The notes under the pieces are model-generated. The model was not told the DNA's origin, did no database searches, and saw only the letters and a program-made list of their open reading frames with translations. From Candidatus Eiseniibacteriota bacterium (GTDB lineage Bacteria; Eisenbacteria; RBG-16-71-46; CAIMUX01; WJJG01), in the NCBI GenBank assembly GCA_014729815.1, contig WJJG01000349.1, forward strand, positions 1 to 51,894: a stretch of DNA of 51,894 nucleotides, given 5' to 3'. Positions 26,154 through 32,530 of the stretch are shown here, one piece after another. The translations under genes were made by a program, and so were the position numbers. Position 1 is the first letter of the stretch. Each line of letters opens with the position of its first letter.

Positions 26154-28436
26154 TTGCCAGAGCCTGCCGTTCGATTCTCACGAGGCTCCCGATCGTTGGC
26201 CCGCCCGATGCTTCTTCTGGGCCTGCTGGTCCTGGCCGGGCTGCCGATGGTCCTCGCCGGGCTGCCGATGGTCCTCTCGTCCGCTGCGATGCCGCCGCTC
26301 CCGGTTGGCGGACTGGCGGTGGCTCGCGCCGACGAGGCCGATCCTTCTCCCCGCGACACGCTTGATCTCCCCCCGGGCGACGCGCCGCCTCCCACCGCCT
26401 TCTCGCGCCTGGATGAGGCCGGCACGGCCGACGATCACGACGGCGCCGATCACCTGATCGTCCATCAGGTGACCGTCAACCGGGTCAAACCGACCGGCGT
26501 GGCGGTGGGCGAGGAGTACGTCCTATATAAGGTGCTGACTCCTGCCGGCGCGCGCGATCTCGCCGTGCAGACCTGGCGCTACGAGCCCTGGTCGAGCACG
26601 ATCGAGGTGCGCGAGGCGAACCTCCTGCGCGATGGCCAGCGGATCGCCGTCGATGTCGGCCAGTTGCGCGACCTGCCCGCGCCGCAGTACGGGATCTACT
26701 GGAACGCGCGGCACATGACCCTGCAGCTCCCGCGCCTCTTCGTGGGAGATGGTATCGAGCTGCGGGTCTATCGCAAGGGGTACAGCTACGCCCTGCTCGA
26801 AGGCCGGCAGGCCGGCGCGGGCAGCGATGACACCGGCCGAGGAGGCGGCGGAGACGGCGCGAGCGGCGGGCGCATCGCCGATCCGGCCACCGCCGACCTC
26901 GCGGGCGAGACGACCTTCGAGCCGGAGCCGGGCGATGAGAAATACATCCCCCCGATGCCCGGCGAGTATTTCGATATCATCCTCTTCGAGGCCAACGTGC
27001 CGATCCTCGAGAAGCGCTACACGCTGATCCTGCCGCCCCAGAAGCGCCTGCACTCGGAGATCTACAACGCGCCGCTCTACGCCAACACGACCTACAACGC
27101 CGAGGAGACGCACTACGCCTGGTGGGCGCTGGATATGCCCGCCCGCCCGCGCGAAGCGCGCCGCGCGGCGCTCTCGGATGTGGCCGCCAAGGTGGTCGTG
27201 GCCACGGTGGAGAGCTGGGAGGCGAAGAGCCGCTGGTTCTTCGATGCCAATCGCAATCAGTTCGAGGTCACGCCCGAGATTCAGGCCAAGGTCGACGAGA
27301 TCCTCACCGAAGCCGGGGTGGCCGACGGCACCGATGCCGAGAAGGGCGAGGTGCTGGTGCACTGGGTGGCACAGAACATTCGCTACAGCGGGCAGACGAT
27401 GGGCGAGGGTGAGGGATTCACGCTGCACCCGGGATCGATGATCTTCGAGCAGCGCAGCGGCGTGTGCAAGGACATCGCCGGGATGCTGGTCACCATGATG
27501 CGCGCGGCGGGGATGGACTCCTACGCGGCAATGACCATGGCCGGCAGCCGCATCGAGGCCGTGCCCGCCGATCAGTTCAACCATTGCGTCTGCGCTCTGC
27601 GCTGCGCCGACGGCAGCTTCGAGATGTACGACCCGACCTGGGTGCCCTACATGAACGACATCTGGTCGAAGTACGAGACCGAGCAGCAGTACCTGATCGG
27701 CACGCCCGAGGGCGAGCCGCTCGCCTCGATCCCCTACAGCCCGCCGGAGGAGTCGCCGCTGCGCATCTCGCATGAAGCCGTGCTCGCCGAGGACGGTACG
27801 CTCACCGGCACGATCACTCTGCGCGGGGAGGGGGTGATGGACTCGCGCCTGCGCGGCCTGGTCGGCATGCGGCGCGAACAGGACGTGGGACACGACATCG
27901 CCGCGCTGCTCTCCCACTTCAGCCCCGCCGTGCGCGCGGTCGACTTCGAGCACCCGTCGCGCGACGACTTCAGCCAGAAGATGTGGATCCGCATCCGCTA
28001 CGAGGCGCCCGAGTTCGCGCTGCCGGCCGACCGGGGCCTGGAATTCCGCAGCCCGATGATGGCGATGACGATGAACGACGGCTGGCTCTTCCGTGCCGGC
28101 ACGACCGAGTGGGAGGAAGAGCGCACCAGCGACGTCTTCTTCTATTTCACGCAGCTCATCGAGGGTACCGAGCGGATACGCCTGCCGGCGGGGTACGCCG
28201 CCATGGAGACCCCCACATCCGACACGGTCGATGAGACCTACGCCTACTTTCGCGGCGTGAGCGAGATGGATGGGCCGGACCTGCTCATCAGGCAGCATGC
28301 CGAAGTGCGCAGGAGGCAGATCCCCCCGGACGGCTTCGCGGGATTGCGCCGTGCGGTCGAGGAAGCCCACGAATGGGAGGCTGTGCTCTACCGCGTGGCG
28401 CCCGAGGAAAAGAGCGCGGAAGGAGGTGCGCGATGA
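26154..28436 (+). CDS. Exported DUF3857-like plus transglutaminase-core (Cys-His-Asp) protein
   Basis: The frame is that of ORF 26124..28436. The preferred start is TTG 26154, with AAAGGAGG at 26141-26148 and a 5-nt spacer. ATG 26208 is the alternative. Signal peptide: ..MLLLGLLVLAGLPMVLAGLPMVLSSAA. The N-terminal beta-rich domain is like DUF3857. Transglutaminase core: SGVCKDIAGMLVTMMRAAGMDSY (Cys codon 27465-27467), ..FNHCVCAL.., ..FEMYDPTW... Confidence 0.8.
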   Translation: MPEPAVRFSRGSRSLARPMLLLGLLVLAGLPMVLAGLPMVLSSAAMPPLPVGGLAVARADEADPSPRDTLDLPPGDAPPPTAFSRLDEAGTADDHDGADHLIVHQVTVNRVKPTGVAVGEEYVLYKVLTPAGARDLAVQTWRYEPWSSTIEVREANLLRDGQRIAVDVGQLRDLPAPQYGIYWNARHMTLQLPRLFVGDGIELRVYRKGYSYALLEGRQAGAGSDDTGRGGGGDGASGGRIADPATADLAGETTFEPEPGDEKYIPPMPGEYFDIILFEANVPILEKRYTLILPPQKRLHSEIYNAPLYANTTYNAEETHYAWWALDMPARPREARRAALSDVAAKVVVATVESWEAKSRWFFDANRNQFEVTPEIQAKVDEILTEAGVADGTDAEKGEVLVHWVAQNIRYSGQTMGEGEGFTLHPGSMIFEQRSGVCKDIAGMLVTMMRAAGMDSYAAMTMAGSRIEAVPADQFNHCVCALRCADGSFEMYDPTWVPYMNDIWSKYETEQQYLIGTPEGEPLASIPYSPPEESPLRISHEAVLAEDGTLTGTITLRGEGVMDSRLRGLVGMRREQDVGHDIAALLSHFSPAVRAVDFEHPSRDDFSQKMWIRIRYEAPEFALPADRGLEFRSPMMAMTMNDGWLFRAGTTEWEEERTSDVFFYFTQLIEGTERIRLPAGYAAMETPTSDTVDETYAYFRGVSEMDGPDLLIRQHAEVRRRQIPPDGFAGLRRAVEEAHEWEAVLYRVAPEEKSAEGGAR
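26235..26276 (+). repeat. Perfect 21-bp in-frame tandem duplication inside the signal peptide of the transglutaminase-like gene
   Basis: gccgggctgccgatggtcctc occurs at 26235-26255 and again at 26256-26276. The encoded sequence is AGLPMVL-AGLPMVL. Confidence 0.95.
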
Positions 28437-30505
28437 GAACGCCAGGCCCGACCCACCCGCGATCTCTCGGCGCCGCAGTCCCGCGGCTTCGGGATGCGCT
28501 GCCCGGTTGCTTCGCACTGGCCGCCATGGCCCTCGTGCTCGCCTGCGCGGGTGCGCCGGCTCTGGGGGCTCCGCTGGACGCATCCGGCGACTACGACATC
28601 GGCGCATTGCTGCGCGAGGCCGACGCCGAGTTCGATCTCGCGCAGCAGGATGCGGTGGTCCTGCTCAAGCGCCAGGATCTGCGCATCGCACCCGATGGCG
28701 CGCGCCGCACGACGGTCCATCGCATCGTCTGGATGCGCACCGAGCTGGCGATGGAGACCTACGCCGACCTGCGCGTACCCTACCGCTCCGATCGCGCCGA
28801 GCTGGAGGTGCACACGCTGCGCACCTGGCGCGACGAGCGCTGGTGGCCCGATTCGGTGCGCGTCAGTCCGACCGCCGTGGTCGAGACGCTGCCCGGCGCG
28901 GTGGCCGGCGCCGACGCATACACGGCCCTGCGCGAGACGATGCTGCTGCACGACGGCGTCGAGCTGCCCTGCATCGTCGAGACGCGCTACACGATCTCCG
29001 AGGCGCCGCCGCTGACGGACGATCTGGCCCGCGCCGGTGCGCGTATCACCGGACTGGCGGCCTTCGCGCACGATGGGCTGTGGCGCTTCGCGCAGCACGA
29101 TCCGGTGGTGCGCTCGGAGCTGCGCATCACGGTGCCCGATGAGAGCAGCCTCCAGCAGATCTCGCGCAGCGGCGCCGCGGGACTGGATACGTCCCAATCC
29201 CGTCGCGTGGAGGGCGGGCATCTCTACGTATGGCACATGCGCAACGTGCCGCGCATTCCACAGCCCACCCCAGCCGATCCACTGCAGGTCACGCCGCACG
29301 TCGTCTGGTCGCGCTGGCCTTCGTGGGAAACGTTGGGGCGCATCTATCACACGGCGTTCGAAAGTGCCGCGCGACTCGAATGCCCCTCGCTGGGGAGGGT
29401 GCTGTGCGACTCGCTGCGGGCGGCCATCGCGCGTGAGCCGGGCCCCCGCGCGGTAGCCGGCGCGGTGGCCGACTTCATCGGCCGCTGGACGCGGCACGTG
29501 GGAGCCGATGCCGACTTCTGGGCGCTGCAGCCGCGTTCCGCGCTGCGCACCTGGGAGACGGCCTACGGGCATGCGTACGATCGGGCCGTGTTGGCCGCCG
29601 CGCTCTTCCGGGAGGCCGGCCTGCAGGCCGAACCGATGCTGCGCAGTCGGGGTCGGGGGGAGATCGCCGAGCGCATCCCCGCGCTGAGCTGGTTCGGTCC
29701 TCTGCTGGTGCGCGTGCGCGCCGCCGGTCCGAGCGGCGGGATCGAGAGCGACTACGAAGGCATCTACGATCCGGCCCACGGGACTCTGCAGGAGGGCCTG
29801 GCAACTGCGGCGGGATACACGATCTGGATCCCGGGTGAAAACCCGCAACGGATCGCCGCGCCGCAGAGGGGCCACCTGCAGGTCTCGCTGCGGCTCGAGC
29901 CGGGCGAGGAGGAGCAGTGGACGGGCCAGGGCTACCTGCGCGCCAGTGGTGGTCTGGCGCCGCATGCGGCGATGACCGGGCTGGGCACGCAGGCCCAGGA
30001 TCATCTCGCGGCGGTGGCCGGGGTGATCGAAGGCGCGGAGCTCCGCGATCACAACGTCTCGCGGCTGCAGCCCGACCGGGTCGTGGCGGGATTCGAGTTT
30101 GGATGGAAGGAGCCGGAGCCGGACGATCACGGTCGCGTGCGCCTATCGCTCGGCGAACCCGCGGGAGGTGTGCTGGCGCAGCTTCCCAGCGACGTCTCGC
30201 TCTTCGATGAAGATCGCGAGTCCCCGGTGCTGCTGCCCTTTCCGATGACGCAGACGCTCGAGCTGTGGATCAAGGTCGGCGAGGAGGCCGAGCGGGTGGT
30301 CTACGTCCCGGAGGCGTACGGAGGCGAGCACAGCCTGGGCACCGCGCGTCTGGCGGTCGAGCAGGAGGGCGACTGGCTGCACCTGACGCGCGAGATCGCC
30401 ATCGTTCGCGCCGAGATCGCCGCGCGGACCTGGCCCCAGCTACGGGCGCTGCTGCTGCGCGAGACGCTGGAGCGGAACCGGGTGGTGCTGCTGGAGGCGG
30501 AGTAA
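28433..30505 (+). CDS. Exported DUF3857/DUF3858-like protein with a degenerate (Cys-less, His-less) transglutaminase-like core
   Basis: ATG 28433 overlaps the upstream stop (ATGA, 28433-28436). GGAAGGAGG lies at 28418-28426. Signal peptide: ..CFALAAMALVLACAGAPALGAP. The N-terminal part matches the DUF3857-like pattern (VVLLKRQDLRIAPDGARRTTVHRIVWMRTE..). The region aligned to the catalytic Cys reads AYGHAYDRAVLAAALFREAGLQAEP, with no Cys. The His position reads WFGPLLVRV. ..IYDPAHG is retained. Confidence 0.75.
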   Translation: MRTPGPTHPRSLGAAVPRLRDALPGCFALAAMALVLACAGAPALGAPLDASGDYDIGALLREADAEFDLAQQDAVVLLKRQDLRIAPDGARRTTVHRIVWMRTELAMETYADLRVPYRSDRAELEVHTLRTWRDERWWPDSVRVSPTAVVETLPGAVAGADAYTALRETMLLHDGVELPCIVETRYTISEAPPLTDDLARAGARITGLAAFAHDGLWRFAQHDPVVRSELRITVPDESSLQQISRSGAAGLDTSQSRRVEGGHLYVWHMRNVPRIPQPTPADPLQVTPHVVWSRWPSWETLGRIYHTAFESAARLECPSLGRVLCDSLRAAIAREPGPRAVAGAVADFIGRWTRHVGADADFWALQPRSALRTWETAYGHAYDRAVLAAALFREAGLQAEPMLRSRGRGEIAERIPALSWFGPLLVRVRAAGPSGGIESDYEGIYDPAHGTLQEGLATAAGYTIWIPGENPQRIAAPQRGHLQVSLRLEPGEEEQWTGQGYLRASGGLAPHAAMTGLGTQAQDHLAAVAGVIEGAELRDHNVSRLQPDRVVAGFEFGWKEPEPDDHGRVRLSLGEPAGGVLAQLPSDVSLFDEDRESPVLLPFPMTQTLELWIKVGEEAERVVYVPEAYGGEHSLGTARLAVEQEGDWLHLTREIAIVRAEIAARTWPQLRALLLRETLERNRVVLLEAE

Positions 30506-30531
30506 CCCTGTCGCAGGTCAGTTGGTGAGTG

Positions 30532-31296
30532 ATGTGTCCGATTTCGACCCGCGATGACACCCTCACTCCCGAGACGCGGATCTTCGTGTCCTATGCCTCT
30601 GAGGACGAGAAGGTCGCTTCGGGAGTCTGCCGCGCTCTGGAGCAGGCCGGATTCAGCTGCTGGCTGTCGTCACGGGACCTGGATCCGGGCAAGGACTACG
30701 CCGATCAGATCCTGCGGGCCATCCAGCACTCGCAGACCCTGGTGGTGATTCTGTCTCCGGCCGCGGTGGACTCCCCACACGTCGTGCGAGAAGTCGATCT
30801 CTCGGTGTCCCGCAGGATTCCGACGCTCGTGATGCGCCTCGCCGAGATCGAGCTCTCCGGATCACTGGCCTACTACCTTCGCACGACACACTGGCTCGAT
30901 GCGTTTGAGGGGGAGCCGTCGGAGCACTATGGGAGCCTGGTCTGGTCACTGTGCGGCCTGCTTGGCCTCGGCCGCACTCGCTCGGCCGCAGAGATCCTCG
31001 CCTCGGAAGACATCTCAGAACTCTGGAGGCGACTGATTCAGGCCCATTCCCGAGACGGCATCCGTGGTGTCCGCTATGAGATCGAGCAGGTGCGCAGCCG
31101 TGCACCGAACGATCCTCAACTCCGACGCTTGTTGGATAGCGCCATCGAGGCCGAACGACGGATGTCGAGCCCAGCCGAGCGAAGATCTTCCTCCCCCATT
31201 GGGTCCGGCCCGCAGGGCAGCGGAACCTCCGGCTCGGGCTGTCTGGTGTTCATCATTCTCGCCGTGATTCTGGCAATCGTCCTCGCACTTGTGTGA
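30532..31296 (+). CDS. Tail-anchored TIR-domain protein (TIR, helical linker, Ser/Gly-rich spacer, C-terminal TM helix)
   Basis: ATG 30532 (GTG 30529 is also in frame), 26 nt after the upstream stop. TIR pattern: RIFVSYASEDEKVASGVCRALEQAGFSCWLSSRDLDPGKDYADQILRAIQHSQTLVVILSPAAVDSPHVVREVDLSV. The conserved Glu candidate is in VVREVD, codon 30790-30792. The extreme C-terminus CLVFIILAVILAIVLALV-stop is a hydrophobic helix with no residues after it. Confidence 0.8.
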   Translation: MCPISTRDDTLTPETRIFVSYASEDEKVASGVCRALEQAGFSCWLSSRDLDPGKDYADQILRAIQHSQTLVVILSPAAVDSPHVVREVDLSVSRRIPTLVMRLAEIELSGSLAYYLRTTHWLDAFEGEPSEHYGSLVWSLCGLLGLGRTRSAAEILASEDISELWRRLIQAHSRDGIRGVRYEIEQVRSRAPNDPQLRRLLDSAIEAERRMSSPAERRSSSPIGSGPQGSGTSGSGCLVFIILAVILAIVLALV

Positions 31297-31619
31297 GCAG
31301 AGCCGGCATCCGCAGGCGCCTGTTCCGACCAGTCACATGACGAATGGTGCGCCAGCAAAGCAGTCTGGCGACCAGCTACCTCACCTCCAACGCCGCAGCC
31401 GCTCTGCGGGTCCGCCGACCCCCCCTCCGCTCGCTCCGCTTCCAGTCGCCGATAGACCCGCAGCCAGTCGTCGAAATGCACCCCGCGCAGCTCGGCAGGC
31501 GGCGGCGCGTCATCGTGGGGGACGAGCGGGACCGAGTCGATCCTCGCGATCTCCTTCCGGTCGAGCGCATGTCGCCCCTACTCGTCCGATTGCATGGAGG
31601 CTCGATAGGCGCGCCATCC

Positions 31620-32147
31620 TCACCGCGCCATGCGTCGGATCTGCGCCAGATCCAGATCGCCTTTGGCGCCCCACCCGCGGCGGCCGGGCGGGATGGCGGG
31701 GCGGAACTTCTCGTACAGCGCGAACGCGATCTCGCTGAGCTCGTCCAGATCGTGTGCGCATGCCAGCTTCTCCATCGCCTTGCGGACGCGGGCGAGGTCG
31801 TCGCCGAACTTCTGCTTCAGGTAGGCGGTGGTCTTCTCGGGGTCGACCGGTTGATCCTTGACCACCGCACGTACGCCGTCGTCGGTCTCCTGAGCCGGGA
31901 CCGTGCGGCCGCACAGCTCGACCCAGAACTCCTCGCCCAGTCCGTGCTTGGGAGCCGGATGGCCGTCCTTGGTGTAGCGACGCTTGTACACCCCGAGCCG
32001 ACGGCCCTTCGACTGCGCCGTCAGGCCCGCCATCGCCTTGCCCAGTGAGAGCGCCTCGTCGGGCTCGAAGCCCAGTCGCTCGGCGACCACACTCGCCCAG
32101 AGGGTGAGCACCGGAGCCCGATTGATCTGTATCACGCTGCCGGGCAT
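31620..32147 (-). CDS. Conserved hypothetical protein (175 aa), function unknown
   Basis: ATG 32145-32147. MPGSVIQINRAPVLTLWASVVAERLGFEPDEALSLGKAMAGLTAQSKGRRLG.. resembles an uncharacterised family I recall from actinobacterial and cyanobacterial genomes. No name is assigned. The composition is coding-like. It is convergent with the TIR gene. Confidence 0.7.
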   Translation of the reverse strand: MPGSVIQINRAPVLTLWASVVAERLGFEPDEALSLGKAMAGLTAQSKGRRLGVYKRRYTKDGHPAPKHGLGEEFWVELCGRTVPAQETDDGVRAVVKDQPVDPEKTTAYLKQKFGDDLARVRKAMEKLACAHDLDELSEIAFALYEKFRPAIPPGRRGWGAKGDLDLAQIRRMAR

Positions 32148-32530
32148 ATCCGTCTTTCGACTGGGGCCATGGGACCCCGGGGTTCGGTCTGTGCGATCCC
32201 TAGGGCCTGACAGAGACGATACAGGGCCGGCTTCCGAGCGCCAACCGCCGGATGCGGGGACCGGTCAGGGCTCATTCTCCGGATCGCGTGTCCCCCACGC
32301 CCAGGGGCTCATCCGGATCGAACTTGCTCCACGGGCGCGTCCGGGAGTATGCTTGAAGAGGTAGGAGAGCCATCATCGCACCGTTCAGGCTGCTCCCCAT
32401 AACCGCTTGTGGTGCAGTATATTGTGGGCCAAGGACGGTGCCCGATTCCAGTGCAGTTGCCTGTCGCGACCCGTGGGGCTCGGCCCCGGTCCGGGCCGGC
32501 GGCTGAGATCAGCCAGGAGAACCGCACGGA

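Noticed and set aside
26523-30130. Antisense ORFs 26523-28607 (-) and 28388-30130 (-) over the transglutaminase-like pair
   Set aside because: The plus-strand genes have RBSs, signal peptides, a catalytic triad context and ATGA coupling. The antisense translations are Arg/Gly/Ala/His-rich with no domain.
31116-31481. 121-aa minus-strand ORF overlapping the 3' end of the TIR gene
   Set aside because: It has a GTG start without an RBS and overlaps a well-supported gene by 180 nt on the opposite strand. Only its first ~20 codons look protein-like.
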